A stretch of DNA of 62,711 nucleotides, filler included, from Chiloscyllium plagiosum (taxonomy: Eukaryota), in the NCBI RefSeq assembly GCF_004010195.1. It is 3 parts of one record of this genome, joined end to end, with 100 filler letters (N's around TTAATTAATTAA, not from the genome) between each part and the next. Parts side by side here need not be neighbours in the genome. Positions count along the whole stretch, not along the records: positions 1 to 14,437 come from NC_057715.1; 2 more parts are not named here. One strand, given 5' to 3'. This document shows, piece after piece, positions 1 through 12,969 of this stretch; within the stretch, counting starts at the first letter, position 1; each line of letters begins with the position of its first letter. The translations under genes were made by a program, and so were the position numbers. The notes under the pieces are model-generated. The model saw only the letters and a list, made by a program, of their open reading frames with translations. It did not search any database and was not told where the DNA came from.

Positions 1-3000
1 AAGTGGTGCCCCCTGGGAACAAGGGGGAAAGTCTCCACTTAGATACGTTTTATTTTTTTTTTATTTAGAAATAGTTTTTTACTGTATTGTTGTGGGTGTA
101 TTAAAGAGGGTTTATTTTTGTAAATTTTACATGTTCCATGCTCGGGATGTTCTGGATAGGGTTCCCCCTCCCGAGGGGTCTCGGATTGGCCCAGAGGATT
201 ATGGTTGATCAATCGGTTAAGTGGTGCACCTGGAATGTCAAAGGGAGTAATTCGCCACTTAAAAGGAAGAAAATATTATCAAATCTTAAGAAGGAAAGAG
301 TTGATATAGCTCTCCTACAGGAGACACACCTGTCGGATAAAGAACACTTGAAATTACGACAGGGCGGATTTGATCAGGCCTTTTTTTCTTCTTTTAGTTC
401 AAAAAGCAGGGGAGTTGTTTTTCTTGTTCGGAAGAATTTCCCTTTCAAAATCCTAAAGCAGATAAAAGACGAATCTGGACGATATATTTTGATTAAAGCC
501 TTCATAAATGGAGAGGAATATGGGATTTTAAATTTGTACTGCCCCCCGGCACACCCCTTTAAATTTATAACGGAAGTCTTTTCAAAATTGATGGCTTTTG
601 ATGCCCTTCATATAATTATAGGGGGAGACTTTAATTGTATTATGGATCCGGATATAGACAGGATTCCCAAGAGTACTGCAGGAGTATCTTCCAGATCTAG
701 ACAATTGATGGATCTGAACAAAGAATTAGGATTAGTAGATGTATGGAGATGTCTTCATCCACAGGGTAGAGATTTTTCTTTCTACTCTAATCCACATAAA
801 TGTCATACCAGAATTGATATGTTTTTTGCCCCTTCAATTTTTTTAAATTCCATATCATCCTGTAAAATAGGTAATATAGCAATTTCTGACCACGCTGTTG
901 TATATATGGAAACTAAGGCGAGGAACAGTGGGACATCCCCTCGGCATTGGCGTATGGGCCCCTTCTTAATGAAAGATAGTAAATTTGTAAAGTACTTCTC
1001 TCAAGAATTTAAAACTTTTTTAGAAATTAATTCAGGTACAGCTAGCAACCCGTCAATGATGTGGGAGACCATCAAAGCTTACACGCGAGGCTTGATCATC
1101 TCCTACTCAGCGACCCAGAATAAATTAAAGGGAGAACAACAGCGTCTGCTTGAAGCCCGCTTAAAAGCGGCTGAAACAGCATACATTGATAGACCCTCTA
1201 TTATTAAATTGCAAAGGATTACAGCTCTTAGGACAGCTCTAAACACTACGCTTACTCAAACGGCTAAGAGGGAAATATTATTTGCAAAGCAAAGGTTATA
1301 TGAATATGGCGACAAACCGGGTAGATACTTAGCATTTCTTGCAAAGAAAAAATAGGCCCCTCAGACTATTATGTCTATCAAGGAAAGTACGGGTATTTTG
1401 ACTCATGATCCTAAAAAGATTAATGCGACCTTTAGAGAATTCTATTCTGAGTTATATAAATCACAGGATTGTGAAGATAGGACGAAGAGGATGCAGTCAT
1501 TTTTTAAAAATTTGACTTTTCCAGACCTAACTCCGGAACAAGTATCGGTCCTAAGTGCTCCTCTTACACCCCAAGAAATAGTTGATGCAATTAGGCACCT
1601 TCAAAATGGTAAGACGCCGGGCCCAGATGGCTTTCAAGCTGAATTCTATAAAGAATTTACAGAAATACTGGTTGGTCCACTTATGGACATGTATAACTAT
1701 GCATATAGTCAGGGCTGTCTCCCGCCTTCGCTGGAAGAGGCAAATATCTCTCTTATCCTCAAAAAAGGAAAGGACCCAGAAGATTGTCCATCATACAGAC
1801 CAATATCCTTGCTAAATGTAGATTTTAAAATCCTTTTTAAAACGTTAGCACTGAGACTAGAAAGGATGCTGCCACATATTATAAAGGAGGATCATACGGG
1901 GTTTATTAAGGGCCGTAGATCATCCAATAATGTTAGAAGGGCTCTGAATATGATTCAAGCTTGTCATCAGGGAAAGATACCAGGAGTAGTGGTTTCATTA
2001 GACGCGGAACAGGGATTTGATAGGGTTGAATGGTCATATTTGTTTTACACATTGGAAAGGTTTGGCGTTGGACAGGTGTTTACCAAATGGGTCTCAACAT
2101 TGTATAGTGATCCCAAAGCAGTTGTGGTTACCAATGGATTAGGTTCGGATAGCTTCAATGTGGGTAGGGGCCACCGTCAGGGATGTCCTCTCTCGCCATT
2201 GTTATTTACGCTAATAATTGAACCAATAGCAGAAGTTATATGAGCTGATCCTAATATAACGGCCCCGAGGATTGGTACAGATAAACATAAAATTACCCTT
2301 TATGCAGATGATGTTCTTCTATTCCTCAGCAATCCTCTGATGTCCGTACCTCGCCTAATCCAAGTTATTAATACATTTAGCGCATTCTCAGGCTATAAAA
2401 TTAATTTTTCAAAATCGGAGGCTATGCCAATGGGTGGCCTTGCTATGATACCCCGCTTAGCGGACGGATCCCTTTTTCCTTTTCGTTGGTCCCTGGAGGC
2501 CTTCTTATATTTAGGCATTTTTATTACTCCAGTATTTGGTCAGTTGTATAAGGCTAATTTTGTGCATTTACTGGAAAGGATAAGGCATTTACTGGAAAGG
2601 ATAAGGCAGGACCTCCAGCTATTCTACCCAACCTTCCAATTTCCTGGTTGGGTAGAATAGCACTAATTAAAATGAATGTCCTGCCCCGTCTCCTATATCT
2701 TATGAGAATGCTTCCGGTGATGCTGCCGAGGCTGGCTCTCCGTAAATTATATGGCTGGCTGGGTTCCTTTATCTGGAATCATAGACGGCCCCTCATTAAG
2801 CTGAAGAAGCTACAGCTTCCACAGGCAAGGGGAGGATTGGATTTCCCAGATTTTAGGAAATATCAGTTAAGTTCCCTCTTAAGTTACATAGCTGATTGGG
2901 TCTTGTCTGATCCACAATCAATCTGGTTGGACATCGAGGCCTCTCAAGTAAAATACCCACTTATTAACCTTTTATTTTCAGACAAGAGGAAAATCATTAC

Positions 3001-3602
3001 AGATCATAATACTAAACACAATTAAGGCTTGGAATATAATGCAGCAAAAGAGACTATTTTCTATTCTCTCTTTCTGTGCAAGAAAAAATATTTTGGTGAA
3101 CTGGGTGGCTGAGGGCCCCCCTGGACTTTCAAATTGGCACAGATTAATTATGGAATGTATTCCAATTGACTTCCTTACAAATATGTGCACCGAATGACCG
3201 AATTATTTTCTAAAATATAGCAGCCCTTCTTGAATTACATAAATACAGATATTTCGGCTATCCTAACAATGGCTTTTATTTAATTGAGATTACAAACCTG
3301 GCTGGTCCGGGGCCCCTTAGGAGAGGTATCCCGCACGAATACGGGTTTTATTACATTTGATGTTAACACATTCCGAGCATGTATGAGAGTTAAATATACA
3401 CTCTGGTTAGTTGTAGGTTTGATTAGTAGATAGTTGAGTTTTGTTTTTTTTCCTTTTTCGGTATTTTATCTTTTGTTAAATTTTGGCTATTGTATATTTG
3501 ATTTAATTGTATATCAATGTTTGTATTTGAGAGTTTTGTTTATTTTTGTAAACTTGTAAAAATGTTAAATCTCTAATAAAAATATCTATATATTTAAAAA
3601 AA
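1..3602 (+). mobile_element. L1-clade non-LTR retrotransposon (inter-ORF region, ORF2, 3' UTR, poly-A); 5' part lies outside the window
   Basis: APE endonuclease motifs (WNVKG, LQETH, GGDFN, RID, SDH), RT motifs (PGPDG, YRPISLLN, QGCPLSP, YADD at 2301), T-rich 3' UTR, AATAAA near 3575 and A-tail ending 3602. Confidence 0.95.
201..3283 (+). pseudogene. Inactivated L1 ORF2 (endonuclease + reverse transcriptase)
   Basis: One frame from ATG 201 with in-frame stops at 1353 and 2241, a 21-bp tandem duplication (HLLERIR x2), a frameshift near 2620, and a jump near 3050 to the extreme C-terminus (ARKNILVNW). Confidence 0.92.
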
Positions 3603-3813
3603 TTCATGCCAGAATTGATTGCCACTAGATAGCGCACCCGGCTTGTCACCATGGATCCTGACGGGGAAGAATACACTGGGAACTGTTTCTTAACTCATGA
3701 TATCCGAGGTTGAAACAAAAGTTGAACGGAATAGAAGAGCGGGAGTGGTATCAGATATGGTTCAAAGCTGAGAAGCCGCATGATCCCAGGAGAAAGTCCC
3801 ATTGCCCTCATAC

Positions 3814-3887
3814 CGCATTTGCCTCTCCTGCTCCAACTCGTTGCTCAGCTGCTCGAGATCCAAGGAGTCTCCGCGCGCTTCCTCCAT
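3814..3887 (-). CDS. CCDC169: Putative first coding exon MEEARGDSLDLEQLSNELEQERQM(R) of a coiled-coil protein, tentatively CCDC169-like
   Basis: aggATGG start at 3887, open heptad-like frame, CG|GTATGA donor at 3813, CpG-rich setting. The resemblance to the CCDC169 N-terminus is from memory, not a search. An out-of-frame ATG at 3897 is an alternative start. Confidence 0.55.
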
Positions 3888-4019
3888 CCTCGCTCATGGC
3901 CCCGCTTGTTACAGTGGTCACCGTGGAAACGCACCGTCATGTGACTCGCACCCGGAAGTCCCTTGCCTCCTCCCATCTGGGTGAAGTGTACGGTCCCGCG
4001 CAATCTCTTAGGAGCTACC
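3888..4019. promoter_or_regulatory. Compact bidirectional promoter
   Basis: CpG-rich segment between divergent ATGs; RFX X-box-like GTCACCGTGGAAAC 3917-3930, E-box GTCATGTGAC 3936-3945, ETS/GABP CCGGAAGT 3952-3959. Confidence 0.75.
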
Positions 4020-4080
4020 ATGGACCGGGAGCTATTGTCCGATTCTGCGAAAGAGTACAACAGGATGAAAGTCAATATCG
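4020..4080 (+). CDS. Putative first coding exon MDRELLSDSAKEYNRMKVNI of an unidentified gene
   Basis: Strong Kozak gctaccATGG, 61-nt open frame, G|GTAAGA donor at 4081 (phase 1). Confidence 0.7.
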
Positions 4081-4622
4081 GTAAGAATGCATAATAAGGA
4101 TCACAGTTATATAATGTTACGTTTCTCTTTTAGATAGTTTATCTGTAATATTTCCTATTCTCAAGAAGGGTTTAAGAATAATATCGACTGACTTTTGTTT
4201 ATTTACAGACATTGACTGATTGTTTTTTAACTTTTGCTTGTAGGGTTCCAACATGTCAACATTTTACTTTCCTATAAATTGTTCACTGTGAGGGACCTAA
4301 ACTGGACAAGAAAATCCAAATGAGACCTAATCAAGCATGATTTTTGTCATGTTGTATTTACCTCAGCAATACATTCAAATATTCAGTCAACATGTGTAAT
4401 AACCCTGCATCATTGATCACAAGTCTTTTCACAACTTGTGTACAATGATAGACGAGTCTGTCCCTTTAAACTTTACTTCATAACCTTATACAGGTTGTAT
4501 TGGGCCTAGAAGATTCACCTATATTAAATATAGTCCACCAGATGTAGGCTTGTTTCCCTCATCATATTTAGGTGTCAGTTTTAGTCTGTTTACTCACCCA
4601 AAATAAACTCTCAACAACTTTT

Positions 4623-5019
4623 TGTTATGTCCTTGACCTTCCAGATAATTTCCTCAACACTTTTTTATGCAGATTATTTCAATTAGGAATTAGTGGTCCT
4701 AACACTGACTCTGTCCAGGTTCTATTTGTAACTTGTCACCAATCAACTTTCCAAATTTTTGCTTTCCAAAATGCAACCAATTCCCTAATCAAACCTGATA
4801 TTGTCCTCAAATCACACAAGAGTCTCTCTTATAAATTAGCCTGTTGTATGCCACCTAGCATACAGAGAGTTGTCCAGGAGAGTACTTGTGTTTGGGCTCG
4901 GGTACCACCTGTCCCAAAAGTGTGTCCTAACATTTCGAACAGGTTGATTTAAATACATACAACATTGACTAGGTTACCTTCACCCATTGACCCAAGTAAC
5001 TACCCCCAAAAACATAACC
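4623..5019 (+). mobile_element. Probable solo LTR
   Basis: Inverted termini TGTTATGT...ACATAACC, about 400 bp long, internal TATAAA near 4830. Confidence 0.45.
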
Positions 5020-5927
5020 AGGTTGGTAAGAATCTATAGATTCTGCAATAGTTTCTGCAGATTGGAGGGTAACATTTGCAACCATATTGTTTGAGAAAGT
5101 GAGGAACTACAAACCAATTAGCTGTTCTTCAGTGGCAAAAATGCAAGAATCTATACAAAGGGTGTAATGACTGAAGACATGGAAAATAATGGATTAGGCA
5201 AAATCAGCGTGGACATGTGAAGGCAAAATCATCTCTGATTCTGGGGATTTCTGGAGGAGGACATAATGGATCATCCACTTAGCACATCAGACTGAAGATT
5301 GCTGCAAATGCTTAAGTCTGATCTCTTGCTCTGATGTGCTGGGCTCTCTCCTCATCATGGATGGGGAAATTAATGAGCTGCTTCTTCCAGTTCATTGTTT
5401 AGTTGTCCACCACTGATTACAGGTTGTGGCAGTACTGAGAACTTAGATCTGATCTGTAGTTGTGAAAATAAAAACATGATGGGCTTTTAATTTCTCCCCA
5501 GTGGGTTTGGTGACTGACTTCATTGTCATTGGATGAAATGCTAATTTGAGTTTAACTGTCCATGTTGACTTGGCTGCTGATGGACCAATGACTGCTGTGG
5601 CTATTTTAAATTTATGTTTTGGACACTTATGATTATATCTGTCCATATTCAGTCCCAGGTATTAAACTGAACAACATAATTTTGAAATCACTAGTCCATA
5701 TTTACATTATCATGATAGCATTCTAATAACTTTTGTTGCATTTGCTGAGTTTGATACAAAAAACAGTTTTCTTAGTAACCTTTAAAGTAGTTTACCCTTT
5801 GATTTGGCTTTGCATGAGACTTTGGCTGTGTTATAATATGTCCCCATTTAAAACAAATGAATGAGAAAGAAACTGAAGGAGATGATTAAGCTCCTTTAGC
5901 TTGCACTGCCGTTCAATAAAATCATGA

Positions 5928-6230
5928 TTAGATTCCTTACAGTGTGGAAACAGGCCCTTCGGTCCAACAAGTCCACACTGACCCTCCGAAGAGTAACCCA
6001 CCCAGACCCATTTTCCTTTAATGCACCTAACACTATGGGCAATTTAGAATGGCCAATTCACCTGACCGGCACATCTTTGGACTGTTGGAGGAAACCAGAG
6101 CACCCAGAGGAAACTCGCACAGACACAGGGAGAATGTGCAAAATCTACACAGTCACCCAAAGCTGGAATTGCGCCTGGGTCCCTGGCGCTGTGAGGCAGC
6201 AGTGCTAACCACTGAGCCACTGTGCCACCC
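5928..6230 (-). mobile_element. HE1-type shark SINE
   Basis: tRNA-like head (GGTGGCACAGTGGCTCAGTGGTTAGCAC on minus) and CR1-like tail ending in TCTAA. Confidence 0.9.
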
Positions 6231-6787
6231 CTGTGCCGTGGCTGATCTGTTTGTGTTCTGAATTCCACATTTCCATTTACCTGATAACTATTATTTACCT
6301 TGCCAAACAATAATCTATTCATCTTTCTTAAAAATATTCGATTACCCAACCTCCATCACATCCTGAGAAGGAGTTCCAAAGTCGAATAACTCTCAAATTC
6401 ACCTGCTTACTGATGGGAAGGGTGGACGTTTTAATATTTCAAACATTGTTTTAAAATTTAATTCTGCACTTAGCCACAAGAGGAAACGTTTTTTTTCTGT
6501 ATCCACCTTATCAAGACCATTCAGGATCTTACACATTTTAATCAAGTCACCCTTCGTTCTCTAAACTCTAGTGAAAACCAGCCCAACCAGTTCAATCTAT
6601 CCTCATAAGACAGGCATGGCCAATGTTCCATGTATTGCTTTTCTGCTATGTCCAGAGCTATGCATTAGCATGCCAATCTGTGTGCATGGGGCTTCGCAGG
6701 TGAACTGTGCAAGTCAGAGATAACATTGACTATAATGTCCTTTTGTGTTGGGGTGTTCTGAGAACTATGTGCTGTATGAGTGTTGAT

Positions 6788-7161
6788 TGTGACGATGCTG
6801 CCCCTTTAACAAGGTAATGCTGTCCTTGGCTTTTTTTTTCCAGAGAAGTCTTAAAAAACACAGACTCCAAAAAGTCTGAGGTTGAAGGGTTTCAGGGCCA
6901 ATTTGATAATAGCTAACAGATACTGCCTCAGGCAGAAGACTTTCAAGTTAAAAATACTTGCCCAATGGAAGGGGGGTGGCCAGTTCTCCCAGCTCAGCTC
7001 CTCTGTGGTTTGGTTTGGTTTTTAGTAGTAGAAACTTTACTGGACCCAAAAATGCAGGTCCCTGCTGATCTCTCTCTGACTTGTCTCCTGTAAGACCCTG
7101 TGTTTGATTTTACCTTTTGTGCCAAGTTATTCTGTATTCTGTTCTGGCCTGGTCCATAACA
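6788..7161 (+). mobile_element. Probable solo LTR (Gypsy-like)
   Basis: TGTGACG...CATAACA termini with near 4-bp TSD (tgat/tgac). Confidence 0.5.
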
Positions 7162-7435
7162 TGACCAATTGATGTGATTCAAGTCATTACCATCACTTGT
7201 AAATGTCACTGTCCTGTTGTCTGAATTCAACTAATCCAGCGTTTTCTTTTCATTATCTGAGGCAGAGGCAGATAGGAGTGATTTGTACAGGAAAAAATAG
7301 TTTATTTTCATGTGACGATACAAATTTATACAAAAGATATCTTTCGCTTTCCTGTTCTCACCTTAAATTTCAGTCATTTTTTCCACGTTGCTATGTTTAT
7401 AATTGGAGAGTTGAGGCTACAACAGGGAATAGGAG

Positions 7436-7888
7436 TTGAAATGTGTGGTACTGGAAGATTAGACAGCATCCGAGGAGCAGGAGAATCAACGTTTCGGGCA
7501 TAAGCCTTTCATCAGGAATGGTTGGATCTGGGATAATGTGGGGTGAGGAGAGATGAGGAAACTGGTGAAATTGACGTTGATGTCATGTGGTTGGAGGGTC
7601 CCCAAGGTGGAAGATGAGGACTTCTTCTTCCAGGTGTCAGGTGGCTAGGATTTGATGGTGGAGGAAGCCCAGGACTTGCATGTCCTTGGCAGAATGGAAG
7701 GGAGAATTGAAGTGGTCAGCCACAGGGTGTTGGGGTTGTTTGGTGAGTGTGTCCCAGAGATGTTCCCTGAAACATTCTGCGAGTTGGCGTCCTGTCTCCC
7801 CAATGTAGAGGAGACCACATCAAGAGCAATGAATACAGTCGATGAGGTGTTTGGATGTGCAGGAAAATCTGTGCCGGATGTGGAAGTC
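7436..7888 (-). mobile_element. Penelope-like element 3' fragment: GIY-YIG endonuclease remnant plus pLTR with hammerhead motif
   Basis: Minus translation FSCTSKHLIDCIHCS*CGLLYIG..TGRQLAECFREHL..VADHFNS..LIFHLGTLQP; CTGATGA..GAAACGTT at 7484-7519. Confidence 0.9.
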
Positions 7889-7909
7889 TTCAGTCCATTT
7901 TATGAAAGA

Positions 7910-9300
7910 AGCAGAAATAGTACTCACAACTTAAGCTCTAGAAACTGTCACTCCGCTAGTCTAGCTGTTCCTGTACAGCGACAATCCTGACGTATACCCA
8001 ACAGTGGAAAAATTGCCCAGGTATATTTCATGTACACAAAGCAGAATGATCTAGTCCAGCCAATTATTGCTTCATCAGTTTCCTCTCATTTATCAATTAG
8101 TGATGCCCAGTTTGGCTTCTGCCAGCCAGAGCATCTTGGTTCCTGACCTCATTGCAACCTTGGTTCAAATATGGATAAAAGAGCTGAATTCTAGAGGTGA
8201 AGTGAGAGTGAAAGGCCTTGATATCAAGGTCCCATTTTACCAAGTGTGGCATCAAGAAACTCTCGCAAAACTGGAATAAATGGGAATCGGGGTGAACCCA
8301 CTCTACTGGTTGTCGTCATCTATCTGACACATAGGAAGATAGTTGTGGTTGTTGGAGGTCAGTCATCTCTGTTCCAGCACATCTCTATAGGAGTTCTTCA
8401 TGGTAGTGTCCTAGGTCAACCCGTCTTTGGCTGCTTCGTCAATGACTTTCCCTCCATCAAAAGGTCAAAGAGGGGGGAATGTTCACCAATGATTGTTCAT
8501 CATTCATGACTCCTCAGAAACTGAGCGAAAGTGAGGACTACAGATGCTGGAGATCAGAGTCGAGAGTGTGGTGCTAGAAAAGCACAGCAGGTCAGGCAGC
8601 AATCCATGTCCAAATGCAGAAAGATTTGAACAATATCATTTGCCCTACACAAATGACAGTCAATGTTCATCTCTATTAAGAGATGATCTAACCATTGTCC
8701 CTTGATATTCAGTAATGTTATTATTATTGAATCCCCCCATTATCAACATCCTGGGGGTTACCATTGACCAAAAACAGAACTGGATTCACCATATAAACAC
8801 AATGGCTACAAGCGCAGGTCAGAGACTGGGAATACTGTAGCAAGTAACATCCCTCCTGACTCCCTAATGCCTGTCCATCATCTACAAGGCATAAGTCAGG
8901 AGTATGATGGATGAGTGCAACTCTGACAATACTGAAGAAGCTTGCCACTATCAAAGAGAAATCTGTCCACTTGTTTGTCATCACACCCACAAATATCTAC
9001 CCCTTCCACTATAAATGATCAGGCGCAGCTGTGCGTACTACCTACAAGATACACACCTTCCAAACCCACAGCCACTTTTATCTAGAAGGACAAGATGTAT
9101 GGGAATAACAGCACCTGCAAATTTCCTTCCAAGCTATTCACTACCCTGACTTTGAAATATATCACTGTTCCTTCATTGTCATTTATCAAAATCCTAAAAT
9201 TCCCTCTCTTAACAGCAATGTGGGTCTACCTACAACACATGGACTGCCAAGGTTCAAGAAAGTAACTCACCACAACCTTCCAGGTCCCATGAGTAAATTT
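7910..9300 (+). mobile_element. Old CR1/L2-group LINE (family B) 3' portion, with a short PLE piece at about 8528-8602
   Basis: Degenerate RT blocks (WKIAQV, LDIKVPFYQVWH, VVVGGQSS, GSVLG); the same sequence recurs elsewhere in the window. Confidence 0.8.
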
Positions 9301-10940
9301 TTTTTTAAAGTCCAAACTGTTGTGCCTCTCTTGAATATGAATGTCATCAGAGTTCAAAAGGAAATCAACGTTTACAAAGCAACTTAGTATTTTTTTGAGT
9401 GAGTTCCCTTAAGTAATGCCTAGTATGAGAGGTAACATTGTAATATGTAATTTTCATTAGTCTTCAGCTGATCCTTCTGAAGATGAACAATTGTTCTTTT
9501 TGCTCATTAAAATTACCTCATACTGAATACCCTATTCAGTACTCTTCTACGGTCTCAAACCTTCCTCCTGCAGTTAGACTTTGTTCTGCTCATGAACCAT
9601 TGGTGGAATTTCAATGCAGCAAATATTGAGACCTCCATTTAAAAGAGCAATTTAATGGAACATTGTTGCTCCTTTATTGAATTCCAAGAATTCAATTAAA
9701 TGATAGAATCTGCAGTATTGAATGTGTGCCTTTTGTGATGTGATGTACGCCCTGCTGGGAATTATATTACAGGTACTTGACAAATAATGAATTCCATCCT
9801 GCATTTACTGCCCAAAATATTAGCTGACTGTTTTGTGCGGTCATTATATTGTTCTATGTACTAAATTTCTTTAGTATAATATACACCTTCACTAAGCTGT
9901 TCTTCTGATAAATAAGTCTTACCTAGCACCTGTGTGGATATACAGTAAGTAGCAAACATGTAAAGTAAAACTTTTCATCCTGAGTTGACAGTCTCATAAA
10001 ATCTTTACATGAGACATAATTATTACAAGGATCTCTCGCTCTCTCTTTCATGTTTGTAATTAACATAACACTGGCATATTATATAAAAATGAGGACGTGG
10101 TGTAAGACATTAAAATGGATACTGAATTATTCCCATATCTCCTGACCTAGTTATCTCCTGCCGCCTTAACTTCATCTGAAAATTGCAGTTTAATCTCCCT
10201 ACTTAAACAAAGAAATGAGGAACAGAAGTAAGCCTTTGAGGCAATTCTTCAATTCAGTATATTCATGGCTGATTATCTTTTCCACATACCCTTTAATCCC
10301 TTTAACCCTAAGAAAAATAGCTTCTAGTGGCAGACATTTCCATAGACTCATTACTCTTTGGGGCAGAAATTTCTCCTCATCTCAGTCCATTATCCTTAGG
10401 CTGTGACTCCGGTTCATTGGAAACATCCTTCCTGTGTTTCCCTTATTCTAGTTCTGATAGAATTTTATAGGTTTCTCTGAGACTTTTTCCCTTCACTGCC
10501 CCATTCTTTTAAACTCCAGTGAGTATTGGACTATAAGACCATAAGATTTTAGGCGCAAAATTAGACCATTCAATCTTTCAAGTCTGCTCTGCCACTTGAT
10601 CATGGCTGTAATGATTCTCAACCCTATTCTCTTGCCTCTTCCCATAACCCTTGATCACTAACCAATCAAAAATCAATCTCTGTCTTAAATGCACTCAATG
10701 ACTTGGCCTCCACAGCCTTCTGTAGTGACAAGATTCACGGTCCTCTGGCTGGAGAAATTCCTCTTCATCTCAGTTCTAAAACGTCGACCCTGAGGCTATG
10801 CCTTTCTTTGTAGATGTTGCTTTGAGATGCTTATGAAGTGTATGGATTTTTTTGTTGCTTGTTATGCTATCTTTTTCTAGACTAGTATGAGGCATTTGGA
10901 GGCAGCCATAGAAGTTGAAGACAAATCTTTAATGGAGTCA

Positions 10941-11170
10941 AAAGAGAAAATGCTGGAAAATCTCAGCAGGTCTGGCAGCATCTGTAAGGAAAGAAAAGAG
11001 CTGACATTTCGAGGCTAACTGACCCTTTGTCAAAGCTTTGACAAAGGGTCAGTTAAACTCGAAACGTCAGCTCTTTTCTCTCCTTACAGATGCTGCCAGA
11101 CCTGCTGAGATTTTCCAGTATTTTCTCTTTTGGCTTCAGATTCCAGCTTTTGCAGTAATTTGCTTTTATA
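10941..11170. mobile_element. Fold-back PLE pLTR insertion
   Basis: Arms of about 95 bp meeting at CAAAG|CTTTG (11036); 14-bp TSD CTTTAATGGAGTCA at 10927 and 11171; decayed hammerhead in both arms. Confidence 0.85.
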
Positions 11171-11544
11171 CTTTAATGGAGTCATCTTCTTACTGCAGCT
11201 ACATGAACTTTTCACTGCATTTTAAAGAACTAAGATGGATGCTCCATCATGTGACACTGCATCACTTCCAGCGATGGCCTAACCATTCATATAACCACAT
11301 ATTTAAGTTATATTGTTCTAACCAGTCCAGTTTTCTTCGTACCCCTGTCCTTCCATCTCAGAAAACAGTCAGATAAAGCTTTGTTGCACGCTATCCATAG
11401 CTAGAACATTCTTCATCAGACGAGATCAAGGTATACACACACACTTTTCCCAGGTGCGGTATCACATTTATCAGAATGTATGAAATATAAGCTATACAGG
11501 TAAACAATCTTCGAGCCTGCTCTACCAACCAGTACCATCACGGG

Positions 11545-11862
11545 TTTAGATTAGATTACTTACAGCGTGGAAACAGGCCCTTCGGCCCAACAAGTCCACA
11601 CTGATCCTCCGAAGAGCAACCCACCCAGACCCATTCCCCTACATTTACCCATTCACCTAACACTACGGGCAATTTAGCATGGCCAGTTTACCTGACCTGC
11701 ACATCTTTGTGACTGTGGGAGGAAACCGGAGCACCCAGAGAAAACCCACGCAGACACGGGGAGAATGTGCAAACTCCACGCAGACTGTTGCCTGAGGCGG
11801 GAATTGAACCCAGGTCTCTGGTGCTTGAGGCAGCAGCGCTAACCACTGTGCCACCGTGCCGC
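11545..11862 (-). mobile_element. HE1-type SINE, full length
   Basis: A/B-box head, close match to the other copies, (TCTAA)n tail. Confidence 0.92.
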
Positions 11863-12137
11863 GTTATCTTCCATTTCAACAGCTAAGGAGATTGATGAGC
11901 AATATTAAAGATTTTATACCAAATTTTAAAATTTCAGATTCCTGTCTTTGCACTTACAGTGAAACTGCTGATGTAAAGTTGTTCTGTAATTAGACCATCT
12001 TCTCAGATGGGGTGCTCTAATACCTCTCCTCCAGAAGATTACACTTGGTTTAGCTTCCCCTTGTGTAATACAATGGAATATAGTAAGTATTATAGCTTTA
12101 AAGAAACTATAATGATATTATGTTATTTATATTGCAG

Positions 12138-12235
12138 AAAAACTTACTGAACAATCTTCTGAGTTGGCCATATATCAGAAAAAAATGGTGGAACACAATG
12201 CAGTACTTAAAAATCTCAGCCAGAATTTCAATCAG
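12138..12235 (+). CDS. Putative exon 2, (E)KLTEQSSELAIYQKKMVEHNAVLKNLSQNFNQ
   Basis: ttatttatattgcag acceptor, 98-nt open frame phase-compatible with exon 4020-4080 (G+AA=Glu), CAG|GTAATC donor, helical composition, non-repeat context. Confidence 0.65.
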
Positions 12236-12456
12236 GTAATCTGAAACTGCAAATAGTTTTGTTTGGGCAGCCTTCCTATTTGGGGAACTAAATGTTAGCC
12301 ACAAGTGATCCTGATCAGCTGCAGACCTTTTTTGTTCATACATTACTTCAACAATTTGCCTTGTCAAACTATTGGGCATAATGCTGCTATTTCTGACAAC
12401 TGATATTTTGGAGGTATTTATAAAATAAGTTATGAATCTAGCCTCAGCTATTCCTA

Positions 12457-12554
12457 GGTTAAAAACAATGACTGCAGATGCTGGAAACCAGATTCTGGAT
12501 TAGTGGTGCTGGAAGAGCACAGCAGTTCAGGCAGCATCCAAGGAGCTTCGAAAT
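12457..12554 (-). mobile_element. Short PLE pLTR 3' fragment
   Basis: Matches 19103 and 20077 copies; TSD CAGCTATTCCTA at 12445 and 12555. Confidence 0.85.
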
Positions 12555-12969
12555 CAGCTATTCCTATCCAACTTCAACACACAATTTCAAACACTTCAGG
12601 AATTTATTTTTAAATGCCCACATTGCTGACAGAACTAGTACTGTGAACAAACTTCCATATTTCTGACTTTATTGGTCAACAACTAGTGAGACTGACCTAA
12701 CCCTTGCTATTCCTCAGCTGAATCTAAACGGATCTCAGACGGACCATTTCTCTATTTAAATATTTGCACTGTGATACTATCTGTACTTAATACGACAACT
12801 CTTCCCTCATTTTCTATCTTATTCCACATGATTTTTTTTATATCTAAAAGCATTTATCAAATTTGAACATGCTTGAGACAGGGTATTTGCTATTTTATGA
12901 TTTTCTAATTTAGTAATTTATACTTCTTTACTTGATAATTAACTTTCTCATATGCATTTTATTCAGTAG

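Noticed and set aside
3710..4084. 124-aa ORF and overlapping short ORFs across the promoter
   Set aside because: Expected in GC-rich DNA; the spliced divergent exons have better start and donor signals
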